A stretch of 64,000 nucleotides of DNA, from contig NW_024704743.1 of the NCBI RefSeq assembly GCF_018977255.1, positions 25,050,001 to 25,114,000 on the forward strand, given 5' to 3'. A model generated the notes under the pieces. It was not told where the DNA came from and made no database searches. It saw only the letters and a program-made list of their open reading frames with translations. Positions 12,806 through 24,679 of this stretch are shown here, in pieces. Position 1 is the first letter of the stretch. Each line of letters starts with the position of its first letter. A program made the position numbers and the translations under genes. The DNA comes from Callorhinchus milii (taxonomy: Eukaryota).

Positions 12806-14345
12806 TAGGAGGGTGACTGAAGGCACAGTTGAAGAGAAGGGTCTTGAGATGGATCTTGAAGTAGGCAAGGGAAGGAGTGAGGTGGAGGGACTATGGGAAG
12901 GAGTTCCAGAGGGTAGCAGCAGACAGGCTGAAGGCCCGCCCACCATTGGTGGTGCAGGCAAGGCGGGGGACGTGAAGCAGGCTGGAGCCTGCTGAGCCTA
13001 GGGAGCGGATAGGTTGGTAGGGGGTTAGGAGATCACAGAGGTAGGCAGGAGCGAGGCCGCGGAGGGCTTTGAAGGTGAGGACCAGGATCTTGAACTATAA
13101 TCTCTGAGCAATGGGGAACCAGTGGAGTCAGGTGAAGATAGGGGTCGTGTGGGAGAGGACATGGGCTGCAGAGTTCTGGATGATCTGCAGCCTGTGGAGG
13201 GATCAGCATTTCAGACCCGAGCTGGGGTTGGAGGGAGAAGGAAGAGGAGGGGAAGGGGGTTGACCGATGACATGGTCGAAGAGGAGGGTCTTGAGGCGGA
13301 ACATGAAGGAGACTAAGGAGGGGGCGAGGCGGAGTGATTGGGGGATGGAGTTCCAGAGGTTGGGGGCAGTGTGGCTGAAGGCTCTCCCACCAATGGTGGG
13401 GCAGGTGGGTCGGGGGAGGTGGAGCAGGCCGGAGCCGGCTGAGCGGAGGGAACGGGTGGGTTGGTAAGGGGTTAGGAGGTCGCAGAGGTAGGGTGGGGAG
13501 ATGCCATGATGGGCTTTGTAGGTGAGGACCAGGATCTTGAAATGGATCCTCTGAAGGATAGGGAGCATTGGAGTCGGGTGAGAATGGGGGAGATGGGGTC
13601 GCGGAGTTTGGTGCGGGAGAGGACACAGACTACAGAGTTCTGGATTATCTGCAGCCTGTGGAGGAAGGAGTTGGGAAGGCGACAAGCAGAGCGTTTGCAT
13701 AGTCGAGCCTGGAGGTGATGAAGGCACGAACAAGAGGTGAAATAGTGGTGGAGTCGGGCGATGTTACGGAGGTGAGGGAAGGGTCATGGCTTGGATGTGG
13801 GTGAGAAAAGACAGTTGAGGGTCAAACAAGACACCCAGGCTCCTGACTGGCGGTGAGTTGCAGTGAGCAACCATGGAGGTTGATGCTAACAGAGCCTGAG
13901 GTGCAGAGGCGCTGGCGTGAGCCAATCAGGAGGGCCTCGGTCTGGTTCACATTCAACTGTAGGAGATTTGCCCTCATCCAGGACTTGATGTCCGACAGAC
14001 AGTCTGTCAGGACAGCAGTGGTTCTGGAGTTGAGGGTGGGGCAGAAAGATAGAGTTGGGTGTCATCCGCAGACATGGAGTCAACTTCCATATGTATGCGG
14101 ATGACACCCAACTCTATCTTTCTGCCCCCACCCTCAACTCCAGGACCAAGGACAGAGCCCTGGGGGACACCAGACGTGACAGTGCGGAGGAGAAATCATT
14201 AGAGGCAGCAAAGTGGAGATGGTGAGAGAGATAGGAATCGAACCAGGCAAGGGCAGGTCCGCGAAGATTAAGTAAAGAGGAGAGGCGGTGTATGAGGATA
14301 GAGTGGTCAAGGTGGACAAGGAGGCAGTGGGAGCCCTGATCACAG
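12806..14345 (-). mobile_element. Rearranged L2 LINE mosaic (two tandem 3' regions plus RT core with an inverted duplication)
   Basis: Minus ORF 13203-13733 contains RIHFKILVLTYKAHHGISPPYLCDLL...GGRAFSHTAPNLWNSIP; GVPQGSVLGP near 14145-14175; YADD at ~14093-14104 on the + strand. Confidence 0.9.
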
Positions 14346-14471
14346 ATGTTCAGAATGTCACAAGAATACCTTTTCATCCATCCAGAACACTCATGCTACC
14401 GTCCTCCCATCCCTGTTTGTCACAATAGTTAGACAGCTTTACGTTAAACTGCCAGGAGTGCTAATACTGTT

Positions 14472-14786
14472 ATAATAATAATCCTTGCATTTGATATAGC
14501 GCTCTTCACGTCGGGAGGACGTCCCAAAGCGCTTCACAGAACACACTGTAAGTAAATTGACTGTATATTTGTGGGCGAAACGCGGCAGCCAATTGCGCAC
14601 AGCAATGTCCCACAAACAGTCGTTGATTGAAAATGACCAATTTATTATTGTTTTGGTTTTGGAGGGATTATTATTAGGCTCTGTGTGGAGTAAGGAAACT
14701 TGCCCAAGGTTTCGCCCTCTGCCTGGAATTGAACTCAGGTCTCGCGCTTGCAAAGCGAGTGCTCTAAGCACTGAGCTACAGGACTC
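14472..14786 (-). mobile_element. Full-length young tRNA-Ala-derived SINE
   Basis: Near-identical to the 7207-7545 copy; CTCCC loop and TGC anticodon. Confidence 0.95.
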
Positions 14787-16039
14787 AAAGGCTTCAACTT
14801 CTAAATGCATTAATAGTCTTGCATCTTTAAGTTCACTTCTTGTGTTTTATATGCTTCCGCCATCTTTTCAATGTCGGGGTCAAATGCTTGTCTCCAAATT
14901 TTGCAAACCTTTATATTGCATTACATTTTCTAGCTCAATTCAAGAGCTGGACTAGTAACCCAATTTAAAAAAAATATTATTATCTAATCATGTTGTTGCA
15001 TGGATTGTTGAGTCACAAATGAGCTCTGTTTATATCTGCCACACTGGCACATTTGTCTTACTTGTTTGTAAGCAGGCAGAGCTCTCATTCATTATATGCT
15101 GATCTGCCTCCAGAAACATAAATAGCATTCTCTTGCTTTCTCTGATGAAACTTTTTTTAATAAAAAATCTCTGTGTAGTGCAGTTTTAGAAATAATGATC
15201 ATATCGATTAAACTGTGTTGCATTTTAAAACCTTATGGTGCTCCTCTTACTTCCCCACTGTCAGGTCATCCGTGAAGTCACTTAGAGGGTCACTTTTCGT
15301 CTGTCAATAAATTTAACATATGAATGTGATGGAATTATTCATGCAAGGAAGGTAAATGTTGGGTGTTTCATCAGTAAACATTTTATTGCTTACCTCTGCA
15401 AATGTCATATCGGTTACAGTACACACCATTAGAAATAACAATTTGAAGCACTTAGTTGATATTGGAGGCCAATTGCCCATTGGACAGAGTAGATTTTCTC
15501 TGCATTTGAGGCTTACTCAGGAAGGGGAAAAATTCTGTAAGTTTGTGTGAGAATATGGTGTCCTTGCTTATTCCAATTCAAAACTGACTTATGATAATTA
15601 TGTTAGTGAAACAAGACTTGCTATTGAGTGCAAAATCCCTTAGAACGCAATCAACATGTACTTTATCAGTTGAGTTACAGTTCTCACAATGAAACCATCC
15701 ATCATTTCACCTACAAAATAGACAGTCAGTCACTTTACAGTAGATCTTATGAAGTACTTTGAGATGTCTTGATGTGATAAGGCGTTGTTATCAAATGCAA
15801 GGATTATTATCAGCAAAAACTCTGTGATTTGGAGGTGAAATACCAGGCTATTAAAATGCTGTTAAAGTAAAGTTGATAACTAGATTGGTCAGGTTGAAGA
15901 GGTCCCTTTGGCCCCTCCAATCTCACAACACCCACCCTAGGGTTCCCTTATCATTGCATCAAGCTGTTTATTAAACAAGTCGTCTCCTGGCCTCTAGCAC
16001 CTTTCCTTCCACCTGTTCCTATATCAAATGCAAGGATTA

Positions 16040-16380
16040 TTGTTATGTTCCAGTCATCCTCTGTAAAGAAAAAAATTCTAGTATCTGTCCTGAAATTTCC
16101 CTTAATAACTCTAAACCTATGCCCTCTTGTTCTACTGTTTTGATGCATCCTTAATAATAATAATCCTTGCATTTGATATAGCACCTTATCCATCTTTGAG
16201 ACATCTGAAAGCGTTTCACAGAATACACTGTGAAGTGAATTGACTGTATATTTTATGGGCTAAAGTATTAATCTGGATTTACTTCAATTCCAAAGTTTTA
16301 ACATTTTGTACACCTATGAGGTCCTCTCTGACTTGTCTTCTCAAGACTGAAGAACCCCAGCTTGTCTAATCATTGCTCAA
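16040..16380 (-). mobile_element. CR1 LINE C-terminal remnant interrupted by a SINE tail (16153-16260)
   Basis: Minus translation RTRGHRFRVIKGNFRTDTRIFFFTE matches the CR1 RTRGH...FR...R..FFT motif. Confidence 0.7.
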
Positions 16381-16584
16381 GCTTGTCTGATCGTTACACA
16401 GCTTGTCTAATCGTTGAATAATTAACTGTACCCATCTATCTACCATGTAATGTATCTCCAACTGCAGATTAAATGATTAAAAGTAATTAGCATGTGTGAT
16501 ACAACATGGAATTTGGTTAAAATAACTCAATTTGTCTTTGGAATTGTGATATTTGTGAGACCACTCTACTGCTGCACCTGCTGC

Positions 16585-16940
16585 AGAACATCCAGAAGTC
16601 TGAAACCCGTGGCCTCTCCCACACAACTCCATGAACCGATCGCCCACATCCCCTCTCAGCTCCGCTAGTTCCCCAACGACTAGGGGATCAAATCCAAGAT
16701 CCTTGCCCTCTTGTTCAAATCCGTCCATGGCCTTGAGCCCCCGCCCCCACCGCCTGCGATCTCCTGTACTTTCCCGCCCCAGCTACTGCTCAGCGAACAC
16801 CGTCCGACACGAAGGGCGCTAAATAAGTGGCTGTTGTTACTTTGTCTCCCTCCCACCCCGCTGAACCATAGGTGGACAAGCTTTCAGCCATTCTGTACAT
16901 CCAGTCCTCTGGACCTCCATCGTCCACCTTGCTCCCTGTA
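16585..16940 (+). mobile_element. L2 LINE fragment, old
   Basis: CAAGATCCTTGCCCTCTTGTTCAAATCCGTCCATGGCCTTG (KIL.L.FKSVHGL). Confidence 0.65.
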
Positions 16941-17274
16941 GAATGTTAATATAAAATTATTGTAAAACATATAAAAATTATTGTAAATAAATACATGTTA
17001 TAGATCTCGCCAAAAGTATTGTATAGTTCAGATTCTTGTGCTTAAGTGATGCAATCAGAAAAGTAAATATTAATATGACTATTTGTTAAAAACATCTGCA
17101 CTTCAAACTCCTTGATGTTTGGAAGCCTTTTTTTATTAGTTGGATTTTCTTTGCGAATCGTGAATACATGTTGGAGATGGTGTTATTGGGCTTGATTTTG
17201 GATCAGTCACTTTAAAGGACGCCCCATAGCATTTGTCCAGATCGAGTGTGTGAGACGAAACAACATTGCAACAA

Positions 17275-17530
17275 GAACAACGAATTACACTTATACACTG
17301 CCTTTCATGTCGGGAGAACGCCCCATCAGGCTCGACAGTGGAGAGTTTGCATCCGAACCCGGGTTTGATGCAAAAGGGTGGGGGCCAAGGGGGTGTATGG
17401 GTAGAAATGTGACCGAAGACTTGGTTAAAGAGGAAAATCTTGAGATAGACCTTGAAGGAGGCAAGAGAAGGGGAGAGGCGAATGGAGTTCTGTGGAATGG
17501 GATGGAAAGGCTGAAGGCCTAACCACCGAT
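17275..17530 (-). mobile_element. L2 LINE 3' end, followed by a + strand SINE tail (17530-17655)
   Basis: CCTTTCATGTCGGGAGAACGCCCC tail; then TGTGCGCAATTGGCTGCCG...GCGCTATTTCAAATGC. Confidence 0.7.
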
Positions 17531-18911
17531 GTGCGCAATTGGCTGCCGAGCTTTGCCCACAAAATGCACAATCCACTTTACCGTATGTCCAGTGAAACGC
17601 TTTGAGTCGTCTCAACAACAGGATAAAGCGCTATTTCAAATGCTACTATTGTTATTAAGTTTCAGGTGCAAAATCACGCATCACTGGCATGATTCTAGCG
17701 TGTTAGCCACTGCCTGAGAAACCACGCTAGTATAGAATAATACAATATACATTTTATAAAGCACCTTTCTGCTTGGAGGTGCATCGCAAAGCTCTCTGGT
17801 GAAAGTAGCGTCAAAAGAAGTACGCTTGGAGATGTGCCTTGAAAGAGAGGAGGGTTGGAGTCGCGGGGATTCTGGGATGGAATTCCAGGAAGATAGGGTG
17901 GGGATGTGAAGCAGGCAAAGGGAGTGGTTTGAGGAGGTTGCAAAGGTAGGATTGGGGACAGACTATGCAGGGTTTTCAATTTTTTATTTGAATATACTAT
18001 CAAAATTGCAGTGATTCGCCACTAAACATCAATGAGAGCTGAGCCCTATTTCTCAAATCACAAGTTCCAAGACGACATTTTTTGGGATTCATTTTCCAAT
18101 GACGAGGCCAGGAGAAATGAATGGGGAGACGGAGTGTAAAAACTGGTGCTCTGACTTGCTAAGAACTGGAGCGGCATATAAAGTAGACTGCAATTGCAAC
18201 TCACTTGGAAATACAGTAGTTATAATGAACGTAGCTTGAAATTAAGGACAAATTGACAAAGAAGTCGTAGCTGATGCAGTTGAAACAATAAAGTTTCTAT
18301 ACCTTGTAAGCTGATTTTTCAAAAAAATCCTTTTGTCTTGTGAATTGAAGTGTAGTGCTGTTTACACTTGATCAGCCATACATTGGTCACTCCATTACAA
18401 CAATTGTAACCGCACTATTCGTCACCCAATGCTGATTACGCTAGAATCATTCCAGCGCACCCTTAACTTTGAGCCCAGTTGGCTCGCCGGTACAGCACAC
18501 ACAGTAACATTTTGAGGTCAGATCTAATCCATTAGTGGTAATGAACAAAGCTCAAAACCAGCAAAAGTCCTAGTTGTACCTCTGTAATCCTGACTGTATT
18601 ATTTTGTGTATACATCATATTGTGAATGTAAATCGCTAAAAGCCTGGATGAAAGCACTGTGCATTTTGCACTGGGTTGTCTTTGTACAGTATGAATGGGA
18701 GTTGACAGCTTTAATGCCTCACCAGGTTCAAAGCCTGGTTTCTGACTTTCTATTCCTAATTTTCTAATGTGATCTTCTGACATTGTTCTCCAATTGTTCT
18801 GTGGTAATTTTTTAATTTTTTTAACCGAAATGCAAAAATGGGTGGTAGTTTTGTTGCTACGTAAGATTTATTTTATAAACGTTTTCCATCCCTTCTCTTT
18901 TATCTTATCAG

Positions 18912-19034
18912 CATGTTTGGAGCGAAAGTGAGGATTGCCTACCTTTCCTACAGTTGGTCCAGGAATATATCTTATCTTGTGGGAAGAAGACACTCTCTGA
19001 AATCCTGGAAAAGGTTTTCAAATCATTCAAACCT
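18912..19034 (+). CDS. MTURN: Maturin, internal coding exon (exon 2)
   Basis: CAG acceptor after a pyrimidine tract and GTAAGT donor; 123 nt, phase 0; encodes HVWSESEDCLPFLQLVQEYILSCGKKTLSEILEKVFKSFKP, matching vertebrate maturin (human, as recalled: HVWSESEDCLPFLQLAQDYISSCGKKTLHEVLEKVFKSFRP). Not in the ORF track. Confidence 0.96.
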
Positions 19035-19514
19035 GTAAGTGCCATATTAATACAAAATGATGTTCTATAGGATTAACTAATTGAGCAGGATATTCCCCTT
19101 TAGGGTCAGACCTTTCTATACAAAACTAGTATAGTCAAGATTTTCAGATCTATACATGTCTTGACTTTTTTAAAATAGTGATTTAATGATGGAGGGAAGG
19201 ATTTGCAGTCAATCCTAGTAACATCAGTAAAACCTTTTATGTTAATATTATTACATTATTAACTGTCATTCTGACTTCTGGGATTGTACAGTTATTTTCT
19301 ATCTGACTGACCAGTCAGTGAGCGACTAAAGGGCATTGATTTAAATCAATTAGTGAGAGAGAAAGGGGGGAGATTAGATTTTGTTTTACCCAGAGTTGTT
19401 AGAAAGTTGAATGCCCTGCTGGGTGCAGTGGTTGACGCAGTGTTTGAAAGGGAACTAGATAGATATAATTTGTAAAGTTACAGGGAAAAGATGGGCAAAT
19501 GGAATTGAATGGTT

Positions 19515-19760
19515 TGCAGCAGTCAATTTGTGCACAGCAATGTTCTACAAATGACCGTGAATGATCAATTTTATCTGGAGGATTGTTGGCCAGGACATTG
19601 GGAGAATCTCCTTTCTCTTTTTGAATATGGTATGGGAACTTTAAAGACCATCTAACCAGGCTGTCAGAATCTTGGTTTAATGGCTCATCTGAAAGACGAC
19701 AACAGTACAGCATACACCAGCACAGCAGTGGAGTGTCAGCCTGGACTATGAGCTCAAAGT
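19515..19760 (-). mobile_element. Old SacSINE1-like SINE fragment, preceded by a CR1 scrap at ~19400-19510
   Basis: GCAGTCAATTTGTGCACAGCAATG...TTGGCCAGGACATTGGGAGAA...GGTTTAATGGCTCATCTGAAAGAC...GGAGTGTCAGCCT. Confidence 0.65.
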
Positions 19761-20055
19761 CCAGATATAATCATTCCATTAAAATGTACAATAAAATATG
19801 CAGCTTCATAGATTTGTGACATTTGAAGTCTTCCTACTGTCATGTTTTAAATTACTTATAAGGAATTGTTGATTGCTTCCTGAAAATTTGGCAAACAATT
19901 TGATGGGAACTAGAGTTTTTGCCTGGCTCAAGTGACAAACCAGAAATGCTCATCTCTAGAGATATGTGTGTGCAAAGAAATTAGTTGCAGTTTAATTTTC
20001 AGCTTTGTTCATCCATTTTTCCATGTGTGGTCTGATGGCTGTTTGTTTTGCACAG

Positions 20056-20166
20056 TTATTGGGGCTTCCTGATGTAGATGATGATGCATTTGAAGACTAT
20101 AATGCGGATGTTGAAGAGGAGGAACCTGAAGCAGACAACCAACCAATGAGCGTCAGTCAACAGTAA
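20056..20166 (+). CDS. MTURN: Maturin, last coding exon (exon 3)
   Basis: TTTTGCACAG acceptor; 111 nt in phase with exon 2; encodes LLGLPDVDDDAFEDYNADVEEEEPEADNQPMSVSQQ-stop (TAA 20164-20166), the acidic maturin C-terminus. Confidence 0.96.
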   Translation, partial: LLGLPDVDDDAFEDYNADVEEEEPEADNQPMSVSQQ

Positions 20167-22210
20167 ATGTGTGAAGAGGGAACAGTCAGCCTGTGTGCAG
20201 TTTAACCTTTTTATTCATTCATAAGCTATATTATTTTTTTCTCCCCTCCCACTATATACACATACCCATATTATATTATATTAAATAACTCGCACACACA
20301 AACCTGAATAGCCTTTATTAACATCAGGTTAAATATCGATGCTAAATCGTATCTAGTCTGGCCTTTGCAGTCATTCCTGTTCACAATTTTGGCATAACTA
20401 CAAACTGTTTTGCATAGATTAAAGTACTAAACAGCAGAAAGACAATGATTTGAACTCTGAACTGACTAGTATTGATATTTCAGGTTGCTTAATTTCAGGT
20501 TTGGGTATAATCATTTAGGCAGGCTTTTTAAAAAGAAACAAAATCTGATTAGTTTTTAATTCATGTCTCAGTTAATATGATTTTAAGTTTTATAACCAGG
20601 CAATACACAATTCTATAACGAAAATGGTCCCAAATTACTGGAAAATTCCTGAGAAAATTTTAAGAATAATATATTGATGTTCATACTTTTTAAAATCTAT
20701 ATATTTTAAAGGAACATTAAGCATGTGTCTTGTGAAGCAATATTCTTTAAGCATTGTCTGTAGGTATTCCGCTTTAGTCGCCCAACACTGAAATTGGTCT
20801 TAAGCAGCTAGTCATGATCAGTCCAGATAGTAATTGTTTATTACAAGTTTCACTTTAGCTGATTTTACAGTGATTAAATGCCAGGATTATTATTATTAGT
20901 GCATTTCAAAAAACATTGAAGATATTATTTAAATAAACACTGACATAAATCTAATGTGTGCTTACAGTAACTTGTTGCACTGTAAAATAAAAGTGGTGTT
21001 CTGTAGAAGCTTAAGGGCATTAAATACTCCTGCAATTTGCTATTGCTCTAAGTACTGCAGGAACTGTGTAATGCATTAATTATTGCTTGGCTTTCAATGC
21101 ACTGCAGCCTATTTGGTACTTTACCGATTTTTTTCCTATGCATCTTAGACAAGACATTTACAGTTATAACATTCCCAGTTGTAGATCAAACAGCAGCACA
21201 TATTGTTTAGCTCTTTGTGTTAATGTTTGATAACAGAAGGAACTGTAAACTTGTATTTAATGGAAACTTTAGCAATGTTTTAAAAAAAATGATACATTGC
21301 TCATTGAAGAATTAATCATTACCTTGGTATGTTTTAAGTGGTAAATTGTACTGTATTTTTGTATACTGTAAAACAGGATGTCTTGAGTATAGTTGGTAAA
21401 ATTCCTGAGGTCGGACTAAATGATACGAGACCATGTTTGGAATGTTAAAGGTTTACAGCCACGAGGAAGAATCCCTTAGCACACACTTGAAGGGAATGTA
21501 CCTTATTGGTTTAGGTAAGTAATGTGACAGGCACAGCTGTAAAAACTTTGAAGTGCTTCAGTATAAAAATTCTGTTCTATAGTATATGCACAGTACAGAT
21601 ATTCAAAAGGGAAATCTTGGACTTTGCGTTGTGTGATGAGTACCAAGTGTTCAATATGTTCAATGACGTTTGTTGAGCATCCTCTGTAACAGTGTCTTAT
21701 CATTTGAGAGAAAAATGAAATTCACCATAACAGCTGTTGGATTATTCTCTTTTAAATGCATGGTTTGGTGATGCAGGAGGTGCTATTTTAATTTTTGGTA
21801 TTTTTTCCAAGTGGATGTGTCTTGGTCTGTTACAAAACTGCAGCACTTCATTTATAGATACCTCAATTCTTTTGTTGACCTAACGCTGTGTGGATTTGAA
21901 AATGGCTTAAAAACAAACGACACACGTTTCTGCTATACAAATTAGCCTCACTGTACAGTGGTTAACATATACTTAGTTTAAGATAATGGCATGACCAAAA
22001 TAAACTATTGGTTATCCATTGGATTTTTTTTTAAAAAAGCATTATTGTTAAAGGATTTGGACTGAATTTTTCTCAAACAAGGAAACCTGTTGTTTTGTTT
22101 TTAATGGTTGTGAAAGATGACGTGGATAGGTTAACAAAAGAATGCTATCCTTTAACATAATTTTCAACACTAAATAACATGCTGAAAATAAATTATTCGA
22201 ACATTGCATT
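20167..22210 (+). other. MTURN: Probable MTURN 3' UTR
   Basis: AT-rich with no recognisable TE for ~2 kb after the stop; several AATAAA signals; the end position is inferred. Confidence 0.6.
22187..22192 (+). terminator. Candidate distal polyadenylation signal (AATAAA)
   Basis: AATAAA followed by CA and a TG/T-rich tract (TTGTGAATATCTGTTTAATTGTG); alternatives at 20932, 20986 and 21999. Confidence 0.5.
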
Positions 22211-22479
22211 GTGAATATCTGTTTAATTGTGAAGATGTTTGAATGAGAGAAGGGCTAACGGCCTCACTCACTATCTTGAAACTGTTCCATTTTGCAGCAC
22301 ATTGACGGTCTCTGAATATAGTATAGAAACACTGTGATAACTCCATCCTGGAAAACTTTTATGGCTATCATTAACTCTGGTCAAGTAGTTGACCATTTAA
22401 ACGCATGTCTTTGAAGAACATCACCATGGCATGACATGTTATGTTCATGCATTTCTTTACAGCACTTAAAAAAAAAACA

Positions 22480-23715
22480 AAATACATTTATATAGTGCTT
22501 TTCACGTAGGGAAGACATCCCAAGGTGCTGGACAGTCAAGGGTTTGCACCTGAGGTGGCGGTTGGATTTGGGAGGGGTGGAGGCCAAGTGGGGTTTGGAG
22601 GATGACCGAAGGCACGATCAAAGACTAAGGTCTTGAAGGTCCTGACCTTGAAAAAGGTAATGGAAGAGTCGAGGCAAAGGGACTCGTGAATGGAGTTCCA
22701 AAATGGGGGCAGAAAAGCTGAAAGTCCGACCGCCGATGGTGAGATGGGCAGAGCGAGAGGACATGAAGCAGGCCAGTGCCTACCAAGCAGAGGGAGCTAC
22801 CAGGTTAGTCAGTTTTAGAAGGTTGTAGACGTAGGGTGGGGCAAGACTGGAGGGATTTAAAAGTGAGGAGAAGGACTTTAAACTTGATCCTCTGAGGAAT
22901 GGGGAACCAGTGAAGTCAGGCAAGGATGGGGTTGATAGGTTTGTGGAGCCTAGTGCAGAAGAGGACATGAGCTATAGAGATCTGAATGGTCCAGTTTCTG
23001 GAGGGAAGAGTTGGGAAATCTGGCGAGCAGAGAGTTGCTGTAGAGCACAGATGTGGGTCTTAAAGGGCATGAAAATGAAGGTGGAGGCAGAGTGATAGAG
23101 TTAAGTGCAATCTACATGAATGTGCAAGTTAACCCCATGCCTGCGGGTGTCAGTGCCGAGTGGGAGCACGTAGATATTAAAGCGGAGAGGACTGAGGACC
23201 GAGCCCTAATGAACACTGTATGTGGGAGCGGGAGGAGAAGCCATTGGCAGATATAAAGTGGAGGAGTTGGGATAGGTAAGGATAAAACCAGGCGCGGACA
23301 GAACTGTGAAGCTAGAGCTGAGAGGAAAGGCAGGGGAGAAGAATAGAATGGGCAACAATGTTGAAGCGGCAGAGAGGTTGAAGGATGAGGTGGCAGAGAG
23401 CACTGGTCACAGATGGAGAGAATAGCATTTGTGACATTGGCCAGGGCAGTCTTTGCACTGTGGGCAATCCGGAAGCCAGATAGGAGGGGTTCGTACAGGG
23501 AAAGGAAAGAGCAAAGCTGGGAAGCAATGACTCAGTCCAGAACCCTGGAGAGGAAAGGCAGTTTGCAGATGGGATGGTAGATAGGTCGAGTGAACACTTT
23601 GAGGAGGAGGGTGGTGTTGAAGGGGATGAGAACGGCCGATAGAGTGATTGACGATGTCTGTAATCAGAGGGACAAGGATCTGGGAAGTCAGGAGAATGAG
23701 GTCCATAGACCACAT
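22480..23715 (-). mobile_element. L2 LINE, ~1.2 kb decayed fragment
   Basis: Tail TTTTCACGTAGGGAAGACATCCCAAGG; minus-strand remnants such as LAPPY.YNLL and LVPLITDIVNHS. Confidence 0.75.
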
Positions 23716-24139
23716 GGTGGGCTTCGTTTAAGAGAAAAAGTTGAGAAATTATGCACCAGTGTATTTAACATCCATTTGAGGGAAATATTGCACACTATTA
23801 AAAAATGGAGGGTCCAAATATGAACAAGCCAGTTTTTTATTAATCTAATATAACTGCCATCTTTCTCACAAGCTCCATACAGTTACGTTAAAGCTCATCT
23901 CCTGGTCCACGGTTAAGTATGGGTTCCTAATTGATTCTCCACAAAATGTTTCTGAACAACCTTCCTACCTAGAGAAGGTACCACGGAGACGTTGCATGCT
24001 TTGCCCACAGCAAAGGAAGGCAGAGTCGGATTGGGTGATGATCGTGCTAATCCTTGGAGAGATTTGCAGAATGGCCGGAGAACACGGAGAAAATTGCCTG
24101 CTTACTGCTCAACCAGGGATCAGGTGTGCACATTCAAGA

Positions 24140-24440
24140 AATAATAATAATAATTCTTGCGTTTGATATAGTGCCTTATCACATCTTCGAGAGTCTTAAA
24201 GCGCTTCACAGAATATACTGTAAAGTGCATTCACTGTATTTTGTGGGCGAAACACGACAGCCAATTTCACACAGCAGTGTCCCACAAACAGTCGTGGATT
24301 GAGTGATCAATTTTTTTTGAAGGAATTATTACCACCGGAAAAGCGATCTGCCAATCGACTAAATAACCAGGTTCCTATTTACTGCTAGTTAAACAGAGGC
24401 GTGTGGAGTAAGGAAACTTGCCCAACATTTCGCCCTCCCG
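24140..24440 (-). mobile_element. SINE, long form, head truncated
   Basis: Contains the extra segment AAAAGCGATCTGCCAATCGACT...CTGCTAGTTAAACAGAGGCGTGTGGAGTAAGG. Confidence 0.85.
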
Positions 24441-24679
24441 TGGTGCAAATGGACTTCTCAAAACTAGCAATCACAAATCATGTATCAGTTTAGAGTACTT
24501 GCTAGATGTACAATTGTTGCAATATGTGAAGGCGAACTGCCTATGATTGTGCAATATCCAATTGCGACCATGTTATAATAATAATCTTTACTTTCGATAC
24601 AACGCCTTTGAAGGAAAGTATTGAAGAAGCTATCTGGCGAGTTTCCCACTGCTGGTCTAACTCGGACTACGTTTGTCTA

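Noticed and set aside
13033..13733. Functional L2 ORF2
   Set aside because: Fragmentary, frameshifted, 5'-truncated, with the RT core rearranged.
1..18911. MTURN exon 1 (MDFQQL...)
   Set aside because: No matching sequence or CpG island seen; the MDFWNF ORF at 4336-4542 is on the wrong strand and unrelated.
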